NCBI RefSeq assembly: GCF_004010195.1
Contig: NC_057755.1
Span: 11,996,438 to 12,060,437, forward strand
DNA length: 64,000 bases
From: Chiloscyllium plagiosum
Lineage: Eukaryota
Direction of reading: 5' to 3'
Positions within the stretch are counted from its first letter, which is position 1, and the number at the start of each line of letters is the position of its first letter. The notes below the pieces were generated by a model. That model did not search any database. It saw nothing but the letters and a program-made list of their open reading frames with translations, and was not told where the DNA came from. Shown piece after piece: positions 37,775-49,817 of the stretch. A program made the translations under genes and the position numbers.

Positions 37775-38960
37775 GTCATAAAGGTGTATAGCATGGAAAC
37801 AGGCTGTTCGGTCCAGCTTGTCCATGCTGACTAGATGTCCTAAATTTAATCTAGTCCCATTTGCCAACATTAGTCCATATCTCTCTAAACTCTTCCTAAT
37901 CATATACCTATCCAGATGCCTTTTAAATATTGTAATTGTACCAGCCTCCTCCACCTCTACTGGTATCACATTGCACCACCATCCTCTGCGAGGAACAATT
38001 ACCCCTCAGGTTCCTTTTAAATCTTTCCTCTCTCGCCTTAAATCTATGCTCTCGAGTTTTTGACTCCCCTACCCTGGAGAAAAGACCTTGACTATTCACC
38101 CTATCTATGTCCCACATTATTTTATAAACCTGTATAAGGTTACCCCTCAGCCTCCAACATTCCAGGGAATATAGTCCCAGCCTATTCAGCCTCTCCCTAT
38201 AGCGCAAATCTTCCCACCCTGGCAACATCCTGGTAAGGATTCGGAGAAGATTTATAAATTTAATAACATCCTCCCAATAGCACAGAGACCAGAACTGAAC
38301 GCAGTTTTCCAAAAGTGACCTAACCAGTATCCTGTACAGCTGCAACATGATACCCCTAGTGCTGTTGTCAACGTACTGAGCAATAAAGGGAAGCATACCA
38401 AACACCTTCACTATACTGTTTGCCTGAGACTCCACTTTCGGGAAATATGAACCTGTACCCCAAAGTGTCTTTGTTCAACAACATTCCCCAGGGCCCTACC
38501 ATTAACAGTATACATCCTGCCCTAATATGCCTTAACAAAATGCAACACTCACATTTATCTGAATTAAATTCCATCTGCCACTCTTCAGCCATTCTGATCC
38601 ATGTGTTTGAATGTCACTGTCCACTATACCACCATTTTTGGTGTCATCTGCAAACTTTCTAACCATACCTCCCTATATTCACATCCAAATTATTTATATA
38701 AATGACAAAAAGTAGTGGACCCAGCACCCATTCTTGTGGCATACCACTGGTCACTGGCCTCCAGTCTGAAAAGCAAACCTTCACAACCACCCTCTGTCTC
38801 TTACTCTGAAGCCAATTTTGTATCCAAATGTAATCTAATCTTGCTAACCAGTCTACCATGCGGAACCTTGTTGTGAATGCCTTGTTGAAGTCCATACAGG
38901 CAACGTTCCCCACTATGCCTTCTTCATTCTTCTTTGTCATTTCTTCAAAAAATCCAATCC
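37775..38960 (-). mobile_element. CR1-like LINE 3' part
   Basis: MDFNKAF, SGMPQ..VLGPLLF, WQMEFNSDKC and CVQFWS motifs. Confidence 0.88.
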
Positions 38961-39234
38961 AGGAGGAGAAAAAACATCAAGAAGATTCAGAGATTATAGC
39001 AGCCAGGAGATATTCACTGAAGCTTCCAACTCTTCTGAGACTCCAAGAGCTTCTGATGTTACTCAGAAATCCTAATCTGTGAGAGCTGGCCCCAACCAGG
39101 CTGCTTCCACTATTCCAACTTTAAAAAAAAATCCCAAGGCATCAGAAGTTTTTTACTTTCTTAGAGACAGCTCCGCACCTCTGCCTTACAATCTCTCTCC
39201 AAAAAAAAACCAAAACACAAGTGTTTGGATAAAA

Positions 39235-42120
39235 GAGGATTTCAGCAAGGCTTTTGACATGGTCCCACACAAAACCATGGAATCCTATAGCATGGAAGCA
39301 GGCCATCTGGCCCATCCTATCCACACCGACCCTCCAAAGAGAATCCCACCAAGTCCCATCTGACACCCTGACCTTAAACCTGCATTTCCAATGGAAAATC
39401 CATCTGATCTACACATACCTGGACATTATGGGTAATTTAGCATGGCCCAACTAACATAGGAAACTGATGAAAATGGTGAAAACATATGGGATCCAGGGTA
39501 AGTTGGCAAGTTGGATCCAAACTTGACTTAGTGACAGGAGACAGAGGGTGATGGAACAAGACTTTGTGTGACTGGAGCTTGGTGTGCAGTGACATAATAC
39601 AGGAATCCGTTCTGAGTCTCTTATTGTATGTGATATTCATAAGTGATGTGGATGAGAATGTGGGGAGGACGATAAGTTTGTGGAAGACACAAAAATAGTG
39701 GTTGATAGCGAAGAGGAAGGTTTTAAGTTATAAGAGGATATAAAGAAATTGGTCAGATTGGGCAAATCAGTGACTGATGGAATTTAACACTAATAAGTGT
39801 GAGGGGATGAGTTTTGGAAAAAGTAACAAGACAGGGGAGTATTCGTGAATGATAGGAAGCTTAGAGAAAAAGGAGAGGGGATCTTGGTCTACTTGCCCAC
39901 AAATACCTCAAGGTGGTTAATAGGGTAGAACATAGAACATTACAGCGCAGTACAGGCACTTTGGTCCTCATTGTTGGTTCCACAGGTTGGAGCAATCTGA
40001 TGCCCATCTATCCTACTCTATTCCATTTTCATCCATATGCCTGTCCAATGACCATTTAAATGCACTTAATGTTGGCGAGTTGCAGGCAGTGCGGTCCACG
40101 TCCCTACTACTCTGAGTAAAGAAACTACCTCTGACATCTGTCCTATACCTGTCACCTCTCAATTTAAAACTATGTTCTCTCGTGCTAACCATCACTATTA
40201 GCGGCTCTCACTGTTCACCCTGTCTAACCCTCTGATTATCTTATATGTCTCACTTAAGTCACCTCTCAGCCACCTTCTCTCTAATGAAAACAGCTTCAAG
40301 TCCCTCAGCCTTCACTCATAAGACCTTCCCTCCATACCAGTCAACATCCTAGTAAACCTCCTCTGAATCTTCTCCAAAGCTACTCATCTTTCCTATAATG
40401 CGGTGACCAGAATTGTATGCAATACTGCAATGCAGCTACACCAGAGTTTTGTACAGCTGCAGCATGATCTCGTAGCTCTGAAACTCAATCCCTCTATCAT
40501 ATGTCGTCTTGACAACCCTATCCGCTTGACTGGCAACTTTCAGGGAACTATGTACATGGACACCGAGATCTCTCTGCTCATCTAGACGACCAAGAACCTT
40601 ACCATCAGCCCAGTATTCTCTATCCTTGTTGCACCTTCCAAACTGAATCACCTCACACATTTCCGCATTAAACTCCATTTGCCACCTGCAGCTTATCTAT
40701 GTTTTTTTGTAAGCTGCAACATCCTTCAGTACTATCCACAACTCCACCGACCTTAGTGTCATCCGCAAATTTACTAACTCATCCTTCTACGCCCTCATCC
40801 AGGTCATTTATAAAAATGACAAACAGCAGTGGCCCCAAAAAGGGTGGTTAAGCATATAACTGAGTGTTCAGGACTGGCATGTTCCAATAAAAAGGAAGGA
40901 CAAGAACAGCAAGGTAAGGGAACCTTGGATGACGAGGGACTATGTAAATTTAGTCGAAAGGAAAAAAGTAGCGTATGTAAGGTTTAGGAAGCTAAAATCG
41001 GACAGTACCTGTGAGGAATATAAAGAAAGGATATAACTCGAACAGGGAATTAGAACAGCAAGAAGGGGCCATGGCAAGTGGGGTTAAAGAGAATCCTAAG
41101 GCATTCTATACATACATTTCAAAAGAAGAGGATAACTAGGGAGAAGAGCAGGATCACTCACGGATAAAGAAGGGAGCTTTTGCTTGGAGGCAGACAATGT
41201 GGGTGAGTTCCTAAATGATTACTTTGCGTCGGTATTCACACAGGAGAAGGATGCAGAGGATAGTGAGATTTGTGTGGAGCATGCTAATATGCTTGGGCTT
41301 TTTGAGACCAAGAAAGTAGTAATATTGGGTCTCTTGAAGAGCGTTAAGGTGAATAAATCCCCAGGACTCAATGGGATCTACCCCAGGTTATTGAGGGAGA
41401 GAAAAGAGGAGATTGCTGGGGCTTTGACCAAGATCTTTGCATCTTCGCTAGCCACTTGAGAGGCCCTAGAGGACTGGCGAGCAGCTAATGTTAAAAACTG
41501 AATGAACTATGGATGCTGTAAACCAGAAACAAAAACAAATTGCTGGAAAAACTCAGCAGGTCTGGCAGCATTTGTTAAAGCAAAGATTGAGAGCCTAGAT
41601 GTTATGTTAGTGCTGTACGGAACCTTGGTTATGCTGTAGCTGGAGTACTGTGTGAAATTCTGGTCACCGCACTGTAAAGATGTGGTTGCATTGGAAAGAG
41701 TGAACAGGAGATTCCCTAGGATGTTGCCTGACATGGAGCATTTCAGCGATGAAGAAAGGCTGGATAAGCTTGGGTTGTTTTCCTTGAAACAGAGAAAGTT
41801 GAAGGGTAGTAGCGTTATCACGTATAAAACTTTGAGGGACAGGTGGAAAGGAAACAGTTGTTCCCCTTACCCTGAGGGTCACTAACAAGGGGACAAATGT
41901 TCAAGGTGAAAAGCAGGAAATTTAGAGAGATTTGACAAATAGTTTTTTTTCACCCAGAGGGTGGTGGGGTCTGGAATACCCTGAGACAATAGTTGAAGTC
42001 TTTTTTAAAAAAAAATGTGGATTAGTAGTTGAGATTTCATTACATTCAAGGCAATGGAACCAGTGTTGGAAAGCAGGACCAGTGTAGGTTTAGCATGGTT
42101 TTGGTGATGCACGCTCAATC
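39235..42120. mobile_element. Cluster of nested CR1-like fragments (plus 39235-39925, minus 39926-40840, plus 40860-42120)
   Basis: RT and C-terminal CR1 motifs in the ORF track on both strands. Confidence 0.8.
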
Positions 42121-42934
42121 CTGTATTAATTAGGTTAGCAGAGCAGAGATAAACAAAGTTAAGTTACATTAAAAATTGTTAATTGTTGTTTAAGTTATAA
42201 ACTTGGTGTACAAGATCTGTTGTTTGTGAAGTTTGATTAGGAATAATTGGGCAGTTTAGAGGGTAATTGAATGTTTTAATTTCACAGTGTTGCGAATCCA
42301 TTGATGGTGAGGTGGATTTGGTTTGGCTTGCTATCCTTATGTCATAACAGATGGTGAGACAGGGTAGGGAGGGTAGGTTTTGGTGAGACTGAGGGAGCAG
42401 GGTGAGATGGGGTATGGAGGAGTAGGATTGGGTGAGACTGAGAGTTGTAAGGATCTGAGAACCAAATTCTGTTTACATTCAAATTCCTGATTTAACGATG
42501 TCACAAAGGTTGACTCAGAATGAACCAAGCTCCTATCAATACCTAAAGTTAATCTGACAAATGTCCCCGGGCACCCACTGACTCTCTCCTGACTCCTACT
42601 GGAAGCAGAGGAATCTGCAGGACATGGAAACTACTGCACAGTCAAAAATTGCTGAAAAAGAGCCCATTTTTGTCCAGGACCCAGAGGAGCTGCAGATAAT
42701 GCGGTATTTCAGGGACTAGGACAAGGCCCTGTGGAAGGGGAAAGGGAGACTAGGCGGTGCAACAGCTGGTGAATGCTGATTCTCGCCCTGGGGCTGCTAG
42801 CCACGGTCAGTACACTGATTGGGCTAAATGCAGACTGTAGAACAAACTTAGTCCTGCAGGCCCAGTCTGAATGTTGCACTGAGTGTTCTAAAGCTCAGCT
42901 TAAACTTACAGGCTGTCTGTGTTTTCTTGAGCAG

Positions 42935-43028
42935 CAGCTTTACATGGAAGGTCGTTTGTGCCTCGCTGCCGCCAATGTAATCATCAACCAGGCAGGTGGA
43001 ACATCCTCAGAATCTCCTGCTGAGGAAA
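42935..43028 (+). CDS. KIFBP: KIFBP coding exon 5 (94 nt; tandem acceptor makes the start +/-3 nt)
   Basis: Acceptor gttttcttgagcag|CAG; translates QLYMEGRLCLAAANVIINQAGGTSSESPAEE(S); donor A|gtaagt; phase 0/1. Confidence 0.9.
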
Positions 43029-43364
43029 GTAAGTTTCATTATCCAGTAATGGTTTCATATTATTGACAAGAATGCATATCAGCAATGTTCAGAGCCTTTG
43101 AAGCTTCAACTATGGAAGTGTTTTTCCAGTTGTGTGCTGTGTCCTCTCTAAATGCGCTCCTGAAGCAGCATGGACTCTGCCCAATCCTAGAGTGGTATGA
43201 TCCTTATCTCATTTTCACAGTTTCTGTGAGAATACTTCATTTTTGCAATGTCCCAGAGCTACTTGTAGTGACTCATGCCTTTTTAATCTCAAATTATCCA
43301 AAACTGTTTAGAGATCACTTCCTCCAGTCTTTACTTGATGGGTGACTTGCAGGATGGATGATAC

Positions 43365-43452
43365 TCCACAACCACCTGATGAAGGAGCAGCGCTCGGAAA
43401 GCTAGTGCTTCCAGTAAACATTTGGACTATAACCTTGTGTTGTGATTTTTAA
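43365..43452 (+). mobile_element. Penelope pLTR relic (third family) with hammerhead motif at 43373-43407
   Basis: CAC CUGAUGA A GGAGC-AGC-GCUCG GAAA GC UA GUG. Confidence 0.72.
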
Positions 43453-43507
43453 CCTTGCAGGTTGGAGTCATTGAGAAACACTAAACATGTCATTTATCTG
43501 CACATAG

Positions 43508-43620
43508 GTGAAGAGGAGAGAGACCATCGTGACCAGCTCCAGCAGAAGAGGGCAGAAATAGCCCGGTGTTGGATAAAGTATTGTCTCAATCTGCTGCAGG
43601 ACTCACGCAAGCTGCTCGAG
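43508..43620 (+). CDS. KIFBP: KIFBP coding exon 6 (113 nt)
   Basis: Acceptor ctgcacatag|GT; translates (S)EEERDHRDQLQQKRAEIARCWIKYCLNLLQDSRKLLE, containing the conserved EIARCWIKYCL motif; donor GAG|gtatct; phase 1/0. Confidence 0.94.
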
Positions 43621-43699
43621 GTATCTGCAATGGGAAGATTTCGTAACTAAAACTTTGTGTTTCTCTGTTACAGAGAAAAACCTGTGATCTTAGTGATAG

Positions 43700-44612
43700 G
43701 GCCTTAAACTTCTATAAGATGAGCTGGAGAGTGTAAGAGGACAGCATTCCCTTGACTTCCCTGAAAAAATGGCTAAGAATTGGGGAAAATTTGCACAGTA
43801 TTCCCGCAGGATAAAGACATTGCATCTGGAGATTTCAGATGGGATGGTGATGTTCTATAGCATGTTAATACTAGTAAGGAAGAAGTATTAGCTGTTTTAG
43901 CAAGCATAAAAGTGTATAAATCCTCAGGGCCTGATGAGATGTATCCCAGGCTGCAATGGGAGACAAGGAAGATTGCTGGGGTGCTGGCGGAGATATTTAA
44001 TACTTTGGCCATTGATGAAGTGCCAAATGATTTGAAGATAGTTAATTTGGTTCCTTTGTTCAAGAAGGGATGGACCAGGTAATTACTGGTCAGTTAGTCA
44101 GCGAAATGGATTGGGATCATCAGGAAGAGTTGAAAATCCAATTGAAGAAGGAAGAGGAGGAGAAGGACCAGAGGAGAAAGAGCGCTGTGTTATTTGGATC
44201 CAGTGAAACATTTGATCTGATCCAGTTTGTTGAGGAGAAGGTGAGCTGCATTTACCTTGTAGACTTCAGCAAAGCTTATGTAGGACCCAAAGAATTCTTT
44301 CATCTCGATGACCACAAATGTGATGGAGCATTAGGATCACAGTTTATTATTCAAGGCCCTGGCATTTTTTGAAGAGGACCAAGAGAGGCATTGTCAGGTG
44401 CATAAGAAGCGCATTGACCTGCCAGAAACATTGGTTGGCCAGTTAGTCTGACGTCAGTGGTAGGGAAATTATTGAAAAAAATTTGAGGGGCTGGATTAAT
44501 CAACACTTGGAAAGGGATAGTCGGCACAGATTTCTTTGAGGGCGATCCTGTCTGATTGATTTAATTAATTAAGTTTATTGAAAAGATGACTAAGTATATT
44601 GATGAGGGTAGT
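43700..44612 (+). mobile_element. Old CR1 RT fragment hosting the exon-7 copy
   Basis: KSSGPDEMYP and VPLFKKG...PGNY before 44100; PVSLTSVVGKLLKK resumes after ~44436. Confidence 0.8.
44101..44430 (+). pseudogene. Degenerate partial copy of KIFBP exon 7 within intron 6
   Basis: Aligns by eye to 57225-57592, with 13 mismatches in the first 175 nt, then internal deletions and a frameshift. It lacks the native acceptor. Confidence 0.92.
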
Positions 44613-44614
44613 TT

Positions 44615-44940
44615 ATTTTTTTATTTGTCCATGAGCTGAGGGCATCACTGGCTGACCAACATTTATTGCCCATCCCTAATTGCCCCAAGGGCAGTTGAGA
44701 CAGTCACATGTAGGCCAGACTAGGTAAGGATAGGAGTTTCCTTCCCTAAAAGACAGTAGTGAACCAGATGGGTTTTTCCTGACAATCTATTCATTGTCAT
44801 CATTAGACTCTGAATTCTAGATTTTTTAAAATTGAATTCAAATTCCACCATCTGCCTTGGTGGGATTCGAACCCAGAACATTATCTGGGTCTCTGGATTA
44901 ACAGTCCAGTGATAGGCCACTAGGCCATCAACTCCTCCCA
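44615..44940 (-). mobile_element. tRNA-derived SINE (Deu/SacSINE-like)
   Basis: The minus strand has tggcctagtgg (A-box), gggttcgaatcccacc (B-box) and gatggtggaatttgaattcaat. Confidence 0.65.
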
Positions 44941-45009
44941 GTTGTGGTTTATATGGCTCATGGAATCCAAGACAAAATGGCAGCCTGCATCTAAAATTGG
45001 TTTGCAAAG

Positions 45010-46445
45010 AAATAGCACAGCATAGGAACAGGCCCTTCAATCAATGCTATTGTGCCAAACATGATGCTAAAGTAAACTAATACCTTCTGCCTGCCTATCC
45101 CTCAATTCCTTGCATATTCATGTGCTTATCAAAAAGACCATGAAACGCCCTATCATATCTGCCTCCACCACCACCCCTGGCAGAGCATTCCAGACTCCTA
45201 CCATTGTCTGTATTTAAAAGAATACTTGCCTCTTACATCTCCTTTGAACTTTCCCCATCACCTTAAATGTGCTGCATATTTCAACTCTGGAGGAAAGGAC
45301 TCTGACCATCAACCATGTCTATGCACTTCGTAATTTTGTAGACTTCTGTCAAGTCTGCCACTCCATAGAAAACAACTCGAGTATTTCTAGTTTCCCTTAT
45401 AGCTCAGACCCTCTAATCCTTGCAATATTCTGGTAAACCTCTTCTCCACCCTCTTCAAAGCCTCCACATCCTTCCTGTAATGTGGTAATTGGAATTGAAC
45501 GGAATACTCAGTGTGGCCTAATCAAAATCTTATAAAGCTGCAACATGACTTCCTGACTCTTGTTCTCTATTCCCCACCGATAAGGGCAAAGATGCCATAC
45601 GCCACCTTAACCAATATTTTGTGGCCACTTTCAGGGAGCTATGGACTTGAACCCCAAGATACATCAATGTTGTTCAGGGTCCTCCCATTAACTGCATTCT
45701 TTTCCTTAACATTTGCTGTGCCAAAGTGCAGCACCTCTCCCTTACCCAGATTAAGCTCCATCCACCATTTATCTGCCAATAACTGGAACTGATGTGTATC
45801 CTGCTCTGTCCTTTGACAACCTTCAACACTTTCACACCTCCATTGATATTTGTGTCATATGCAAATTTACTGACCCAGCCATCTGCAGTTTCATCTAAGT
45901 CATTTATACATGGTCCTAGTCAGCATTAGTCACGGATCTCTAGCTTGAAAAACACATTACTACTACACTCTGCCTTCTGTGGGCAAACCAATTCTGAACC
46001 CGAGCGACGAGGTTACCACGGATCATTTGCACCGTAATTGTCTGGATGAGCCTACCATGAGGGACATCTTCGAAAGCCTTACTAAAATCTGTGTAGACAA
46101 CATCCCCTGCTCCACCCTCATTGATCAACTTTGTCACCTTGAAAAATTCAATCAAGTCAGTAAGATATGACCTGTCCTGCAGAAAGCCATGCTGACTGTC
46201 CCAAATGTGTGTAAATCCTGTACCTAAATCCTGTTTCCAACAGCTTCCCAACCACCCATGTGAGACTCACAGGCCTGTAGTTTCCTGGATTATCCCTCTT
46301 CCCATTTTGAACAGATGAACAACACTAGCCACTCGCCAGTCCTCTGGGATCTCTCCAGTGGCTAGCGAGGATACAAAGATCTTGCTCAAAAACCCAGCAA
46401 TTTCCTCTCTTGCCTCTTGCAATAACCTGAGACAGATACCATCAG
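45010..46445 (-). mobile_element. CR1-like LINE RT to 3' end, decayed
   Basis: EDWRVASVVHLFK, SQHGF and DFSKAF motifs. Confidence 0.82.
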
Positions 46446-47780
46446 GTAGAAACAAAATACTGCAGAAACATTGGCTTGCTGTCTCTCCATAGATACCATT
46501 GGGCCTTGGGGACTAAGATTAAGGGATGTTTTTCTTGATTGGAAACCTATGACCAGCGGTGTAGCACAGAATTTGATGCTGAAACCCTTGCAGTTTGCTA
46601 TGTACATTAATGACTTCAATGTTAAGATAGCAGATATAATTAGTAAGTTGGCAATTGACACAAAAATTGGTGGCTCTGGTTGTGTTGATACAGATGAGGT
46701 TGGTCTCAGACTACAGTTTGATATTGATCAGCTGATAAACTAAGCAGAACAGTAACAGGTGGAATTTTAACCCTGACAAGCATGAGGTGATACATTTTGG
46801 GAAGTCTAGTAGAGAAGGATTTACTCAGTGAATGAAGGACCCCAGGGAATACTGGGGAGCAAAGGGACCTTGCTGTACAAGCGCATAGATCCCTGAAGTG
46901 TCAGTATGCGTAGACAGGGTAATGAAGAAGACATACAGTATGGATTCTGAGTAATCCAAGATGGAGGATGGAAAAAAATTGTGGCTGTAAGAGCTGCTTT
47001 TTTTTTGAGGTATTTTAGGTGTTGGAGGTGACTTCCTTGAATTTCAGGAGCAGCAATTACTTTTCGAAATGCTGTTGCATTGTTTTCGAACTTTGGGGGG
47101 AAAATAGATGACAGCAATTTAAAAAGGATGAAGACAGACAAAGGCAGCGACCACATATTCAGAAAAAGAAACCTACACTGCTGTTTGACACAGCAGTGAA
47201 TCTGCACAGTAATTGCTTTTGCTGTTTGAGTTCAAATATCTCTGGGCATCAGAGCGCTTCTAGGAAAAATTAACAAACAGCGAAATTCACAGCTAACCTT
47301 GGAGGAACCTGTGTGGGAAAGCTCACAGCACATGACCGGGTAAGTACATAGCTTTTAAGTGTAACCTTCCTGTAAACCTATGATAGTGAGAAGAGTGGGT
47401 TCTTTCTTGATGAGATCTGTCTCTTAGTTAAATTTTAAAAATATAAACCATAAGTGCAAAGTTAGCCTGGAGCAGTGTTTTAGAGTACATTTTGGGGATT
47501 TTGTATCATCTGTGAATTGTGAAGGAGCGAAGAAGGCCTTTTGGAAAATGATGTGGTCTTCCTGTCGGATGTGGGAGTTTAGGGAGAGGTTCCATGTCAC
47601 TGATGATTATGTCTGCAGGAAGTGTCTTTGTTTGCAAGTCCTGTCAGATCATATGGATTGGTTGGAGCGACAGTTGGAGGCAATAAGGAATTTAAAGGAG
47701 CTGGGGGTACTGAATGTAAGTTTGTTCACTGAGCTGGAAGGTGCGTTTTCGGACATTTTGTCACCATACTAGGTAACATT

Positions 47781-49811
47781 CACCATCAAGCCAGCAGATA
47801 AAGGGGGTGCAATGGTAGTTTGGCGCACTGACCTCTACACCGCTGAAGCCAGACACCAACTCGAAGACACCTCCTACCGCCCCCTCGAGAATGACCCCAC
47901 CCCCCATTACCAAACCATTATCTCCCAGACCATAGAGAACCTCATCACCTCAGGAGATCTCCCACCCACAGCTTCCAACCTCATAATCCGGGAACCCCGC
48001 ACCGCCCCATTCTATCTCCTTCCCAAGATCCACAAGCCTGACCACTCTGGCCGACCCATTGTCTCAGCATGCTCCTGCCCCACTGAACTCATCTCCACCT
48101 ACCTCGACACTGTTCTATCCCCCCCAGTCCAGGAGCTCCCCACATACATTCGAGGCACCACCCACACCCTCCACCTCCTCCAAGACTTCCGTTTCCCCGG
48201 CCCCCAAAGCATCATCTTCACCATGGATATCCAATCCCTCTACACCTCCATCCTCCATGACCAGGGCCTCCAAGCCCTCTGTTTTTTCCTCTCCCGACGT
48301 CCACAACAGTACACTTCCACTGACACTCATTCATTTGGCTGAACTGGTCCTCACCCTTAACAATTTTTCATTCGAATCCTCCCACTTCCTCCAGACCAAA
48401 GGGGTAGCCATGGGCACCTGTATGGGCCCCAGCTATGCCTGTCTGTTTGTTGGCTACGTAGAACAGTCCATCTTTGGTAATTATACCGGCACCATTCCCC
48501 ACCTCTTCCTCTGCTACATTGATGACTGCATCGGCGCCACCTCGTGCTCCCACGAGGAGGTTGAGCAATTCATCAACTTCACCAACACATTCCACCTGAA
48601 CCATCTCTGCCACCTCCCTCCCTATCCTGGATCTCTCCATCTCCATTAATGACGACTGACTTGACACTGACATTTTTTACAAACCCAACGACTCCCACAG
48701 CTATCTGGATTACATCTCTTCCCACCCTACCTCCTGCAAAAATGCTATCCCGTATTTCCAATTCCACCGCCTCTGCCGTATCTGCTTCCAGGAGGACCAG
48801 TTCCACCACAGAACACACCAGATGGCCTCCTTCTTTAGAGACTGCAATTTCCCTTCCCACGTGGTTAAAGGTGCCCTCCAACACATCTCGTCCACACCCC
48901 GCACCTCTGCCCTCAAACCCCACTCCTCCATCTGTAACAAGGACAGAACCCCTCTGGTGCTAACCTTCTACCCTACCAACCACATCATCCGCCGTCATTT
49001 CTGCCACCTACAAACAGACCCCACCACCAGGGATATATTTCCCTCCTCACCCCTTTCCGCTTTCTGCAAAGACTGTTCCCTCCGTGACCACCTGGTCAGG
49101 TCCACGCCCCCCAACAACCCACCCTCCCGTCCTGGCATCTTCCCCTGCCACCGCAGGAATTGCAAAACCTGCGCCCACACCTCCTCCTTCACCTCCATCC
49201 AAGGCCCCAAAGGAGCCTTCCACATCCATCAAAGTTTTACCTGCACATCCNNNNNNNNNNNNNNNNNNNNNNNNNNNNNNNNNNNNNNNNNNNNNNNNNN
49301 NNNNNNNNNNNNNNNNNNNNNNNNNNNNNNNNNNNNNNNNNNNNNNNNNNNNNNNNNNNNNNNNNNNNNNNNNNNNNNNNNNNNNNNNNNNNNNNNNNNN
49401 NNNNNNNNNNNNNNNNNNNNNNNNNNNNNNNNNNNNNNNNNNNNNNNNNNNNNNNNNNNNNNNNNNNNNNNNNNNNNNNNNNNNNNNNNNNNNNNNNNNN
49501 NNNNNNNNNNNNNNNNNNNNNNNNNNNNNNNNNNNNNNNNNNNNNNNNNNNNNNNNNNNNNNNNNNNNNNNNNNNNNNNNNNNNNNNNNNNNNNNNNNNN
49601 NNNNNNNNNNNNNNNNNNNNNNNNNNNNNNNNNNNNNNNNNNNNNNNNNNNNNNNNNNNNNNNNNNNNNNNNNNNNNTGTATTCCTGATGAAGGTCTTGT
49701 GCCCGAAACGCAATTTTCCTGTTCCTTGGATGCTGCCTGACCAGCTGTGCCTTTCCAGCACCACTCTAATCCAGACTCAGGTTTCCAGCATCTGCAATCT
49801 TCATTCTTACC
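47781..49811 (+). mobile_element. Penelope-like element (first family), 5'-truncated, spanning the assembly gap
   Basis: IKPADKGGA, FYLLPKIHKP...GRPIVS, MDIQSLYT, KGVAMGT.MGPSYA, YIDD and PCHRRNCKTC motifs; pLTR with hammerhead-like motif at 49680-49712. Confidence 0.9.
49251..49677. other. Assembly gap (427 N)
   Basis: Run of N characters. Confidence 1.
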
Positions 49812-49817
49812 AACATT

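Noticed and set aside
44070..44372. A second KIFBP gene or paralog
   Set aside because: It is only part of one exon, with deletions, a frameshift and no native splice sites.
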